Part shown: positions 37,582 through 46,673 of the stretch, piece after piece
Position numbering within the stretch: position 1 is the stretch's first letter
How the letters are laid out: every line of letters starts with the position of its first letter
Assembly (NCBI GenBank): GCA_964510655.1
Contig: CAZEAY010000001.1
Coordinates: 33,421-97,420 of the forward strand
Direction of reading: 5' to 3'
DNA: 64,000 nucleotides
From: an uncultured Candidatus Saccharibacteria bacterium
Lineage (GTDB): Bacteria; Patescibacteriota; Minisyncoccia; Phycocordibacterales; XYD1-FULL-46-19
Translations under genes and position numbers: made by a program
Notes under the pieces: model-generated
Database searches by the model: none
The model's input: only the letters and a program-made list of their open reading frames with translations
What the model was told of the DNA's origin: nothing

Positions 37582-38832
37582 TTATTTACCCTTTGATCGT
37601 CGGAGAAAGGCAGGAATAGAAGACCAGTCATCATCTTCCACATCTTCAGTAGGTTCTTCGATTGGCTTAGTTGTTGCTTGGTTTGGGGCGGGGGTGACAC
37701 GAGAAAATAGTGGTCGGTTGTAGTCTCTTTCAACCTCCTTTTCTTTTTCTTTTACAACTGGAGGGATATCAGCTGCGGCTACGGTGGGAGTTGGAGTATT
37801 GTTTATTTCTATCTTGTTGGCTGGTTTACTTTCAAAACCACTAAAAATACCACCACTGGTCGCTTTCTTTTTCCCTAGTTCAGGGAATCCGGTAGCAATA
37901 ACGGTAATTTTGATTTCGTTTTTCTTTAGTTTGTCATCGTAGATAGCACCAAAAATAACTTTAGCCTCGCTATCAATTGCTTCGGTAATGAGCTTAGCCG
38001 CATCCTGAATTTCAAACATGGTCATATCGGAACCGCCAGCAATAGTAAACAATACTCCACGAGCTCCATCGATTGAAATATCGAGTAGAGGAGAATTGAT
38101 GGCTGCTTTGGCCGCTTCAATGGCCCGATTTTCACCAGAAGCACTACCAATTCCCATCAGAGCGGAACCAGCGTTTTGCATAATGGTACGAATGTCGGCA
38201 AAATCCACGTTGATAATACCTGGCATCGTCACGGTGTTAGACAAACCCTCCACGGCTTGGCGCAGGATTTCGTCACACATCGCGAAAGCGGATGAACAGG
38301 TAGTGTCCTTGGTTATAACATTCATTAATCGGTCGTTAGGAATAGCAATAACCGCATCTACTTCTTTGCGTAATTCTTCGATTCCTCTTTCGGCAATCGC
38401 TCCGCGTTGTTTTCCTTCAAAGAAAAATGGTTTAGTAACAATTGCCACTGTCAATGCTCCTTGGTCTTTGGCAATTTTTGCAATTACCGGAGCGGCTCCG
38501 GTTCCTGTTCCACCACCCATTCCGGCCGTGACGAAAACCATATCAGCTCCTTTGATCACATTTTGAATATCTTCCAGACTTTCTTCAGCCGCCCGACGAC
38601 CAATATCGGGGTCCATACCTGTACCTAGACCACGGGTTAAGTTTTTTCCAATGTGAATTTTTTTATCAGCGGGAGAGCGGTGCAAATGTTGAGCATCGGT
38701 GTTCATGGCGATGAATTCCACTCCTTTTACTTTAGATTCAATCATGTGATTGATGGCGTTTGATCCGGAACCCCCAACACCAACAACTTTTATTCTTGCA
38801 AAGGCTTCAATTTCGGGGTTAATTTTGGGCAT
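37582..38832 (-). CDS. ftsZ: cell division protein FtsZ
   Basis: Tubulin signature GGGTGTG and N-terminal IKVVGVGGSGSNAINHM. Confidence 0.9.
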   Translation of the reverse strand: MPKINPEIEAFARIKVVGVGGSGSNAINHMIESKVKGVEFIAMNTDAQHLHRSPADKKIHIGKNLTRGLGTGMDPDIGRRAAEESLEDIQNVIKGADMVFVTAGMGGGTGTGAAPVIAKIAKDQGALTVAIVTKPFFFEGKQRGAIAERGIEELRKEVDAVIAIPNDRLMNVITKDTTCSSAFAMCDEILRQAVEGLSNTVTMPGIINVDFADIRTIMQNAGSALMGIGSASGENRAIEAAKAAINSPLLDISIDGARGVLFTIAGGSDMTMFEIQDAAKLITEAIDSEAKVIFGAIYDDKLKKNEIKITVIATGFPELGKKKATSGGIFSGFESKPANKIEINNTPTPTVAAADIPPVVKEKEKEVERDYNRPLFSRVTPAPNQATTKPIEEPTEDVEDDDWSSIPAFLRRSKGK

Positions 38833-38931
38833 ATTTTTAGTTAAAATGTAAAACTGTTCCTCTTATGTTAACAGATGGTCGTGAAGTACGCAAACTTTGT
38901 TTTTTTAACTATTTTGGAGTTTTTTTAGTAG

Positions 38932-38962
38932 AAAAAAACCGCTTTGTGTAGCGGTTTTTTGG
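38932..38962. terminator. hairpin with flanking A and T runs between ftsA and ftsZ
   Basis: aaaaaaaccgctttgtgtagcggtttttt. Confidence 0.6.
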
Positions 38963-38988
38963 CGATTTTAAATCATGTTTTAAGACTA

Positions 38989-39053
38989 GGGCTAAAACAT
39001 TTTTTACTCAAAATGTTCGCCCGAACAAATTTTAGTAAAAATTTGTTTTAGGG
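38989..39053. repeat. third copy of the 'tCGCCCGAACA' doubly palindromic repeat
   Basis: gggctaaaac-[attttttactcaaaat]-gttCGCCCGAACA-[aattttagtaaaaatt]-tgttttaggg, in the same architecture as 4380-4504. Confidence 0.8.
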
Positions 39054-40244
39054 CATAAACTCTTTTATCCATTTGAAGACCGTTTTCTTTAGGCCGTATC
39101 CTTCACTAGAAGATTTTTTACCTTCCAGTTCGTATTCATAGTCGTAAGAACAGAGACCATAAGCGACCGACCAGGAGGGATCAATTGTTTGATTATTATT
39201 TCCTTGGATTTTAGCTGGAGCGGCAACTTTGGCGGGGAGGCGGAAATAATCTTTAGCCATTTCTTCGATGTTTAATATCGTACTGCCACCTCCAGTAATA
39301 ATAATACCGGCTGGTAATAAACCACTGCGTCCTAATTTTTTTAGGTGGACTTCAATATATTCAAAAACATCAGACATCCGAGCTTCAATAATTTCATCTA
39401 ATTTTTTCCGTGAACCATCTGGTTCCAATTCTCGTTTTTTAATTCTATCGGCTTCTTCTAGAGGAATTTTGAAACCAAGGGCAATGTCGTTAGTAATGTC
39501 GGTGGAACCAATGGGGAAAATATGAACCGAGAGGGGAATGTTTTCTTCAAAAACAGCGATAGAGGTAGTTTGTGACCCAATGTTGGTTAAGACGCAACCA
39601 GAAGCTTTTTGCATTTTTGATAAAATCACCGTACTAGAAGCCAGCGGTGAGGCAATAATGTCTTCAACGATCAAGTTTGCTTCTTCGGCGGCGGTGACAA
39701 AATCTTTAAGATGCTGTTTGGAGTAAGTGACAAACATTGTTCGGACTTCCAGTTTGGAGCCCCTCATTCCTTCTGGTGTTCCTAACACTCGTCGGCCGTC
39801 TAGTTTGAAAGCGATTGGTACGCGATGCATTACTTGGCGGTTGGCCATATCTGTTAAGTTACTTTCGCTATCTTCTACTGCGCGTCTGATGTCGTTTTGG
39901 TTAATCTCTAAATCCGCTCTAGAAACCAAGGTGCTACCGTCGGCCATGCGTGATTCTAGGGTGGCTCCGCCAATCCCAAGATAAATTCGTCTGATTTTAA
40001 TTTTTGAGGCTTTTTCGGCTTCGGCTACGGTTTCTTGCAAACAATCTATGACCTCTTCAATATTGATGATATAACCACGTCTTAAACCACGTGAACTCTT
40101 TTTCACTAACGCTAAAATATGCGGATTACTCGATCCGCTTTTCCATTCGCAAACCGCAATGCGGATCCACGACGTTCCAATATCTAAACCTGTGACTATA
40201 TTTCGGGAGCTCATTTTTTGAGGTAATGCGAACGAGACTCCCAA
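39048..40244 (-). CDS. ftsA: cell division protein FtsA
   Basis: Actin-like ATPase motifs (GLDIGTSWIRIAV, IITGGGS). Confidence 0.85.
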   Translation of the reverse strand: MGVSFALPQKMSSRNIVTGLDIGTSWIRIAVCEWKSGSSNPHILALVKKSSRGLRRGYIINIEEVIDCLQETVAEAEKASKIKIRRIYLGIGGATLESRMADGSTLVSRADLEINQNDIRRAVEDSESNLTDMANRQVMHRVPIAFKLDGRRVLGTPEGMRGSKLEVRTMFVTYSKQHLKDFVTAAEEANLIVEDIIASPLASSTVILSKMQKASGCVLTNIGSQTTSIAVFEENIPLSVHIFPIGSTDITNDIALGFKIPLEEADRIKKRELEPDGSRKKLDEIIEARMSDVFEYIEVHLKKLGRSGLLPAGIIITGGGSTILNIEEMAKDYFRLPAKVAAPAKIQGNNNQTIDPSWSVAYGLCSYDYEYELEGKKSSSEGYGLKKTVFKWIKEFMP

Positions 40245-40250
40245 TGATTT

Positions 40251-40649
40251 TTAATCTGATTTTTTAATCAAATAAAAACGTTTGAGAATTCTTTGTTCTT
40301 CGCTCTCCATTTTAGCACTATGATCCATTCCCTTCAAATGCAGTAAACCGTGGATAAGTAAAAAGGTTAAGTGTTCGAGGTAAGTGTGGTCAAAATCTTT
40401 TGCTTCTTTTTTTGTTTGACCTAAATGGATAAAAATTTCTCCCGATTTTTTGTCATAAGGGAAACTAAGAACATTGGCCACCCCATCTTTTCCTTGATAT
40501 TTTTTATGTAATTTTTTTGATAGAGTGTCGCCCACAAAAACCAGACTGAGCTCGTACTTAGTCCCTAGCACATAATTTTTTATGTCAGAAAAAGGTACCT
40601 GTGGTACCTTTTTCTTGGTTAAGTTTGTGATGTTACTTTCGGACGACAT
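40251..40649 (-). CDS. ybeY: rRNA maturation RNase YbeY
   Basis: HGxLHLxGxDH motif (IHGLLHLKGMDH). Confidence 0.8.
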   Translation of the reverse strand: MSSESNITNLTKKKVPQVPFSDIKNYVLGTKYELSLVFVGDTLSKKLHKKYQGKDGVANVLSFPYDKKSGEIFIHLGQTKKEAKDFDHTYLEHLTFLLIHGLLHLKGMDHSAKMESEEQRILKRFYLIKKSD

Positions 40650-40869
40650 CTTTTATTTTTCCGAGCTTGCGTAAACGTTCGGTTACGGTGCGCTTGGTAA
40701 TTCTCTTAAGAGCCTCTTGTTTATTTTTTAGTTCAGATTTGTTCCTTTTACTGAACTGTAGAGCGCGGGCGCGACGTAAGTTGCCAGAGGTTTGTACGCG
40801 CTTGGTAAAGCGACGCAATAAATTGGCGTTTGATTCACTACCGACTCTTGTTACTTCAATTGCTGACAT
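40633..40869 (-). CDS. rpsU: 30S ribosomal protein S21
   Basis: S21-like basic pattern (…ALLRRFTKRVQTSG…RRARALQFSKRNKSE…KRITKR…). It overlaps the ybeY start by 17 nt. Confidence 0.6.
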   Translation of the reverse strand: MSAIEVTRVGSESNANLLRRFTKRVQTSGNLRRARALQFSKRNKSELKNKQEALKRITKRTVTERLRKLGKIKDVVRK

Positions 40870-40918
40870 AGCAGTAGATTAGCATAAAGTGTTAAAACTG
40901 TCCAATCTTTTAAATGAA

Positions 40919-40956
40919 AAAAAGGGGGGTATCCGGCCACGGATACCCCCCTTAGA
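40919..40956. terminator. strong GC hairpin terminator
   Basis: aaaaaaa-ggggggtatccggccacggatacccccc. On the minus strand this hairpin is followed by T8, so it terminates the small ORF at 40967..41200. Confidence 0.75.
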
Positions 40957-40966
40957 GAGCATTGCT

Positions 40967-41200
40967 TCATTCTGAATCTGTCTTGGGTGGAAGGGGTTTG
41001 GCTTCGTACCCCTCACAGCGGCCTTCTCCGTCTAGACCAAATGTTTTTTGGGCGGCACAATGGCCGATTTGGTCATTGAACCTGCATCCTACCCTTTTAC
41101 AGGCTTGGGGTTCCCAACCGCGGGAAACAGGATGGCGAGATTCTCCAGGGCGACCGATCAACCCCATTGGCCCCTCAGACATTCCTCGTGTTTCTTCCAT
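40967..41200 (-). CDS. hypothetical 77-aa Cys/His-containing protein; GC-rich
   Basis: SD GAGGTG 5 nt before the ATG and a downstream terminator. Residues CKRVGC…HC…C could form a metal-binding site. GC clearly above the local background. Confidence 0.35.
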   Translation of the reverse strand: MEETRGMSEGPMGLIGRPGESRHPVSRGWEPQACKRVGCRFNDQIGHCAAQKTFGLDGEGRCEGYEAKPLPPKTDSE

Positions 41201-41297
41201 GATTCACCTCTTTTCTATTATTCAGATTAACAAAAAGAATTTAAATTAACAAACAAAATAAATTAAAAATCCCCCAAGAAATTGGGGGATTTTTAAT

Positions 41298-42626
41298 TTA
41301 TTTAATCTTCTTTAAGTACTCCGCGAGCATACTTATTTTAATAGTGTCTTGGGAACGGTTATCCATATTGCGGACAATCACAGTGCCATCGAGAGCTTCT
41401 TTTTGTCCCAGGATTAGGGTATAAGGTACCTCCATTCGCTCGGCGATTCCTAGCTGAGCCGATAAGGAATCTTTGGACATTGAGTGCACCATTGGTACCT
41501 TGGCTTTGCGCAGGGTTTCGATAATTTCAAAACATTTTAGTTTGGCGTCGAAGGAAAGTTGAATAAAGAAGACTTTTGGTTTTTTAATCAGACGAGGGGA
41601 ATGTTTGGCATAACCAGGCATTTCAATAATTCTGTCTACCCCCAAACCACCACCAACGGCCGGAATATCTTTTTTACCACCCAAAGCTTTAGATAGATAG
41701 TCATAGCGCCCGCCACCACCAAGGGCTAAATTGGAAATCGTTTTGGTGCCATCTGGATTTTCTACCTCCATATCACTAACAATTTCAAAGACAGTTCGTG
41801 AATAGTAATCCAAACCGCGGACTAGATTACTATTTATTTCATAATCAATGCCAAATTTATCTAAATATTCCAAGACTTCTTTGAAGTGGAGTTTACAAGC
41901 GGGACACAAATAACTAACCGACTCTGGGGCGCCAGCTTTCACCGCTTCGCATTGGGGGTTTTTACAATCTAATACCCGCAGAGGATTAGTTTTTAATCTT
42001 TCACGACAATCGGCGCAAATATTCTTAGCATTCTTTTTGTAGTAATTTACTAAGTCACGACGAAAAGCACCACGACATTCGGAATCACCAATACTATTTA
42101 TTTTTACCCGCAAATTTTTTAGTCCCGCTTCTTTTAAAATAATATTGAAAATATGAATAATCGTCGCATCATTAATACTTTTCGGTGATCCCAAGATCTC
42201 TAAGCCAAATTGATAGAATTGGCGATAGCGGCCTTTTTGAGGATTGTCGTGACGGAAAAATGGACCATAGTAATAGAGCATTACTGGTTGGGGAAGAGCT
42301 TGCATGCCGTTTTCTAAATAAGCGCGCATGACTGAGGCTGTTCCTTCTGGACGCATGGTCAAATGATCACCCCCTTTTGTTTTTAGAGAGTACATTTCTT
42401 TATCCACAATATCGGTCCCGGCGCCAACCCCACGGTTAAAGAGTTCTTCTTTTTCTAAGATCGGCGTTTCAATCGGTTTAAAACCATAATATATGGCCAC
42501 CTCAGCGGCTTTTTCAAAAAAACCTTGGAATAAATAAAATGAATCATCAATTAAATCTCGCATCCCTTTGGGTGATTGCAAGTCCTCTTTTTTTGCGGTC
42601 TTTTTTGTTTCTTTATTGTTTGTCAT
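41298..42626 (-). CDS. hisS: histidine--tRNA ligase
   Basis: Class II motifs and the HisRS signature (LTMRPEGTA, GGGRYD). Confidence 0.85.
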   Translation of the reverse strand: MTNNKETKKTAKKEDLQSPKGMRDLIDDSFYLFQGFFEKAAEVAIYYGFKPIETPILEKEELFNRGVGAGTDIVDKEMYSLKTKGGDHLTMRPEGTASVMRAYLENGMQALPQPVMLYYYGPFFRHDNPQKGRYRQFYQFGLEILGSPKSINDATIIHIFNIILKEAGLKNLRVKINSIGDSECRGAFRRDLVNYYKKNAKNICADCRERLKTNPLRVLDCKNPQCEAVKAGAPESVSYLCPACKLHFKEVLEYLDKFGIDYEINSNLVRGLDYYSRTVFEIVSDMEVENPDGTKTISNLALGGGGRYDYLSKALGGKKDIPAVGGGLGVDRIIEMPGYAKHSPRLIKKPKVFFIQLSFDAKLKCFEIIETLRKAKVPMVHSMSKDSLSAQLGIAERMEVPYTLILGQKEALDGTVIVRNMDNRSQDTIKISMLAEYLKKIK

Positions 42627-42643
42627 AAAATCTAGCGAGAATT

Positions 42644-43249
42644 TTATTTAATCAATTGATAATCACTGAAACTGCCGGGTAGGTAAGAAATCTTATTGGG
42701 TGGAAAGAGACGGACCAAGGCTTTACCACGAATAAACTTAATATTCACTGGCCCCCAGTAGCGAGAGTCAAAACTTACCGCTCGGTTGTCACCCATAACA
42801 AAATATTGATCTTCGTCTAGTTTTGTTACGGTGTTTTTAAATGTTTGCTGTTTTAAATAAGGCTCATTGATCTCGGTTTGTTTGCCGTCTTTGGTAATAT
42901 AGACTTTTCCCGCACTGACCGTGACTGTTTCGCCCGGTAAGCCAAGCACTCTTTTAATAAAAAACTTTGAAGGATCATTGGGATAACGGAAAATTACCAC
43001 GTCACCGCGGGCGGGGTCATGAAAATGATAAGAAAATTCATCAACAATCAAATACTCATTATTATGAAAGGTGGGGAACATCGATTCTCCACTAACGATA
43101 AATGGTTGGGCGACATACATCCGGATGGGGATGATGATCGCCAGAGTAATTAGTGCAAATCTGATAATGTCCCACCACGACTCCTCCTTCTTCACTTTTT
43201 TGTCGGAAACTGGCTGTTTGTCAGCACTAGGCGAGATTTGTGTGTCCAT
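42644..43249 (-). CDS. lepB: signal peptidase I
   Basis: S26 motifs (SGESMFPTF, GDNRAVSFDSRYWG). Start taken as the internal Met (MDTQ…, codon complement of 43247-43249); the longer track ORF begins at 43318. Confidence 0.75.
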   Translation of the reverse strand: MDTQISPSADKQPVSDKKVKKEESWWDIIRFALITLAIIIPIRMYVAQPFIVSGESMFPTFHNNEYLIVDEFSYHFHDPARGDVVIFRYPNDPSKFFIKRVLGLPGETVTVSAGKVYITKDGKQTEINEPYLKQQTFKNTVTKLDEDQYFVMGDNRAVSFDSRYWGPVNIKFIRGKALVRLFPPNKISYLPGSFSDYQLIK

Positions 43250-43323
43250 GAGGTTAAAATTTTTGGAAAAATAGCGAAATAATAGGCATATCATACAACA
43301 TAAGAGACTTTGACACAAGTGAG

Positions 43324-43353
43324 AAATATGTTTTATAATTATAAAACATATTT
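43324..43353. promoter_or_regulatory. 30-bp perfect palindrome in the divergent lepB/pth promoter region
   Basis: aaatatgttttataa|ttataaaacatattt, exact. Confidence 0.6.
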
Positions 43354-43508
43354 AAACTCTAAATAAAATCCCAAGATTTTTAGAATTTGGTTTAATTTGC
43401 TCCGATGGTATACTAAATTCAAGCATTTTTCTGTGTTTTTCCCGTCTTTTATATTTTTTTGTATTAAACTTTTAATTTTTAATTTCTAATTTTTAATTAA
43501 TTTCTGCT

Positions 43509-44111
43509 ATGTCATACATTTTTGTTGGTTTGGGAAATCCAGGCCCCGAATATCAAAACACTCGTCATAATACTGGACGTTTGGTGTTGGAATCTTTTTA
43601 TAAAAAAGCAGTTAAAGACAGTGACTTGTCGGACTGGAAGAGTGATAAAAAATTACTGGCTTTGAAAAGTTCTGGTAAAGTCGGAAAAGAAAGTGTTGTT
43701 TTGCTTGAGCCAGAAACGATGATGAATAATTCTGGTAAGAGCCTGAAAGATTTAGTAAATACACCTAAAAAAGCGGAAAAATTGGTGGTGATTTATGATG
43801 ACCTCGATTTACCACTAGGCACTTATAAAATTAGTTTTAATCGTGGTTCTGGCGGACATCGGGGATTGGAATCAATTATAAAAAATATTAAAACCAAAGC
43901 CTTCATTCGTATTAGAGTAGGGGTTTCTCCAGCCACTCCGTCGGGCAAACTTCGCAAGCCACAAGGAGAAGAAAAAGTGATTGATTTTATTTTGGGTAAA
44001 TTTAAATCAGCTGAAGAAGAAGAATTAAAAAAAGTCAGCAAAAAAATTACTGACGCTTTGTTTTGCCTCTTGGAAGAGGGGAAGGATATCACAATGAACC
44101 GATTCAACTAG
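43509..44111 (+). CDS. pth: peptidyl-tRNA hydrolase
   Basis: N-terminal FVGLGNPGPEYQNTRHNTG. Confidence 0.85.
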   Translation: MSYIFVGLGNPGPEYQNTRHNTGRLVLESFYKKAVKDSDLSDWKSDKKLLALKSSGKVGKESVVLLEPETMMNNSGKSLKDLVNTPKKAEKLVVIYDDLDLPLGTYKISFNRGSGGHRGLESIIKNIKTKAFIRIRVGVSPATPSGKLRKPQGEEKVIDFILGKFKSAEEEELKKVSKKITDALFCLLEEGKDITMNRFN

Positions 44112-44511
44112 AGTCTTCTAAAAAAATAAAAATAAAAAACTCCGGAGGTGGAAAGCAGGCTGGGTGCTTTCTCTCCGGAGTTTGTGGCTGTTAAGCCGGA
44201 TCGCGACAGTGTCGCATACTGTCTCCTTTCAGAGACTTGGGCTTGTCTGGACCATGGGGTTGGTTACCCAGATCTCTTTGGTCTCAGCCTCGCCGGCGTT
44301 GGGCGATCAGGCCCCGGGCGACGCCGAGCGGCCGTCGTTCGCGCTGCGGATCGTGGAAATGATGTAAATGTTGGAAAAGTGATCGGTCGTCGAACCGCGG
44401 TTGTGATTGGTAAGCATGGCTTACCCCCTTCGATTGAATGTACAAGTACCTAAAGGTACTTCTCATAGTGTAGCATACTATAGATTTTTGTCAACTACTG
44501 GATATTAAATC

Positions 44512-44553
44512 TTTCTAAAGAAAAAAGAGAACCCGGAACGATGGTCGTTCCGG
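44512..44553 (-). terminator. intrinsic terminator of the GC-rich minus-strand ORF
   Basis: Hairpin cccggaacga-tggt-cgttccggg, followed on the minus strand by a T-rich run. Confidence 0.7.
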
Positions 44554-44579
44554 GCTAGCATGGTAGATGCTGGGGGGGT

Positions 44580-45056
44580 CTATTCCCCAACATCTACGTA
44601 GGGGATTTTCTTCTTGGTGGCCGACATCAGGAAGGTTATCACGTATTTCTCAAATTGTCTGTCTACCCGCCTGGCCAAAAATAGCAGGTGTAGATGTCTG
44701 TCGGCATCGGTCCAAGTACGTGGGTGGTCCAGGAAGTAACCCTGGTGACTGGTAAGCAGGCGATCTTTGGTCATTTCGTTGGCCGTGTCACCGCCTGACC
44801 TTACTTCGCTGAGTCGTTCCAACATGTCGATCAGCATATTCAGTAGGTCCATTTGATCATGAGACCCTGTCAGCACATTCTCGTGCTTCATTGACAGCTC
44901 CAAGTAGTCAGCGGTCAGGTGTGCCAGAGAGAGATCATCATGCGAAACTTTGGTCTCTTCTTCGCCTGTAAACATCCGTAGTCGGTCTACCAGTTGTTGG
45001 GTGGTTACTGACAACATTTGCGAACCCATACCAGCTAGCACCTTCTTCATGACCAT
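44580..45056 (-). CDS. hypothetical protein, GC-rich
   Basis: 158-aa ORF with its own terminator, about 46-50% GC by eye; no motif recognised. Confidence 0.4.
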   Translation of the reverse strand: MVMKKVLAGMGSQMLSVTTQQLVDRLRMFTGEEETKVSHDDLSLAHLTADYLELSMKHENVLTGSHDQMDLLNMLIDMLERLSEVRSGGDTANEMTKDRLLTSHQGYFLDHPRTWTDADRHLHLLFLARRVDRQFEKYVITFLMSATKKKIPYVDVGE

Positions 45057-45162
45057 TTCTCCTTGTTTGCAGTGATAGTTGATCTATCCCGCTGTTAGTC
45101 TTTTTTCATAATAACAGATAAATTGATTGGTGTCAATTTGATGGAAAATTATCTGACAAATA

Positions 45163-45192
45163 GAAAAACCGCCCAAAAGGGCGGTTTTTCTA
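45163..45192. terminator. terminator downstream of rpsA
   Basis: aaaaaccgcccaaaagggcggttttt. Confidence 0.75.
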
Positions 45193-45223
45193 TTATTCTA
45201 CATTCTCTATATTCTTTAATCTT

Positions 45224-46393
45224 TTATTCTGCCTTCACTTCCTCTTTCTTGTTTGGATCTTGGAAGTTCAACGTCATGCGTTGTTCCTTGGCCTCAAAAA
45301 GATTGATGGTAAAGGAATAGGTTTTGCCGAGTTCCAATTTTCCGCGCAAATCTTCTTCCGATTTGAATTCCGAAATGTGGACTAAACCAGCTACACCTTC
45401 TTCAATGGAAACCAAAGCGCCATGCTTGTTGTACTTAATGATTACACCCTTTACCGTGTCACCCTTCTTGTACTTCTTAGCCGCTTCGTTCCATGGGTTT
45501 TCTTTCAAAGCTTTGAGAGACAAAGAGATTTTTCCATCCTTGATTTCAATCACTTTAGCTTTTACCTTGTCGCCAACCTTGAAGAGCTCTTTAGGGTTTT
45601 CTACTAAGGCCCAGTCAATTTCGGAAATGTGTACCAATCCTTCCAAACCTTCTTCTACTTTAATAAAGATACCAAAGTCTACGGCGCCAGTGACTTCACC
45701 TTCTACCACGTCACCAACGACATATTTCTCTACAATTTCCTTTTTAGATTTATTGTCGGAATTCTTTTCGGAGAAAATCAGTTTACCTTCTTTAGGATCA
45801 GCCCCAATGATCGACATGGCCATGCGGGTGCCCACAAACTTGCGAAGTTCTTCCATAATGCGATCTTTGTCACCGTCCAAAACTCTTGGATAGTGCTCAG
45901 GCTTAAGCTGAGATGATGGTAAGAAACCATCGATACCTTGCCATTCGACAATCAAACCACCTTTGTTGGCATCTTTGACCAACAATTCCATCACCGTTTT
46001 TTGTTTAATGGCTTTTTCGGCTTCGCTCCAGATGATAGCGGTCTTGGCTTCCTTTAGGGAAAGTTCAATATAGCCATTTTCCCCTTCCGACTCTACGACT
46101 TTGGCGGTCACACTGTCGCCAATGTTCACTTTTTTAATAATATCCTTAGCATTCAAAAATTCTCGGCCAAAGATAATACCAGTACCAAAAGGCACGATGT
46201 CTATATATAGAGCCATCTTGTCTTTGCCAATTACAGCTCCTTCTACCAAAGCCCCTGGCTCTGGACGACTGGCGGTAGCCTTTAAGATATCTTCCATCGC
46301 CCCCTTAGCTTCTTCGGCTTTGGTTGTATCTTTAGTTTCTTCCTCCATATCTTCTGCTACGATTTTTTTTACTTTTTTAGTTGTTTCTGTCAT
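45224..46393 (-). CDS. rpsA: 30S ribosomal protein S1 (short, about four S1 domains)
   Basis: Repeated S1-domain pattern (G.xVxGxVxxIxxFGxFVxl…GLxHISE). Confidence 0.8.
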   Translation of the reverse strand: MTETTKKVKKIVAEDMEEETKDTTKAEEAKGAMEDILKATASRPEPGALVEGAVIGKDKMALYIDIVPFGTGIIFGREFLNAKDIIKKVNIGDSVTAKVVESEGENGYIELSLKEAKTAIIWSEAEKAIKQKTVMELLVKDANKGGLIVEWQGIDGFLPSSQLKPEHYPRVLDGDKDRIMEELRKFVGTRMAMSIIGADPKEGKLIFSEKNSDNKSKKEIVEKYVVGDVVEGEVTGAVDFGIFIKVEEGLEGLVHISEIDWALVENPKELFKVGDKVKAKVIEIKDGKISLSLKALKENPWNEAAKKYKKGDTVKGVIIKYNKHGALVSIEEGVAGLVHISEFKSEEDLRGKLELGKTYSFTINLFEAKEQRMTLNFQDPNKKEEVKAE

Positions 46394-46673
46394 AAAAAAA
46401 ACGCCTTAACCCACAAATTGTGAGCCCTGCCACCTAGTTGCGTCCCTAGAGCTAAATGCTTTAGCAAATCTTGTATAGACAACGTCAGTTAAGCAAGTGA
46501 TTAATAATAGATATATAGTATCAAAAATACTCTAAAAATACAAGGATTTCTCAAAGACCTCCTCTTTTTTTAAGAAATTTTATGAGCTTGACTTTTGAAT
46601 CCTCCTTAACTATACTATATATATAGTTAAATTTTATTAATTAATTTTAACTATAATAATTCATAATTAAAGT

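Noticed and set aside
38018-38566. Antisense ORFs inside ftsZ, and similarly inside ftsA, rpsA, nrdJ, valS, the beta-helix gene and the RloC-like gene
   Set aside because: They lie within well-supported genes on the opposite strand, with no independent signals.
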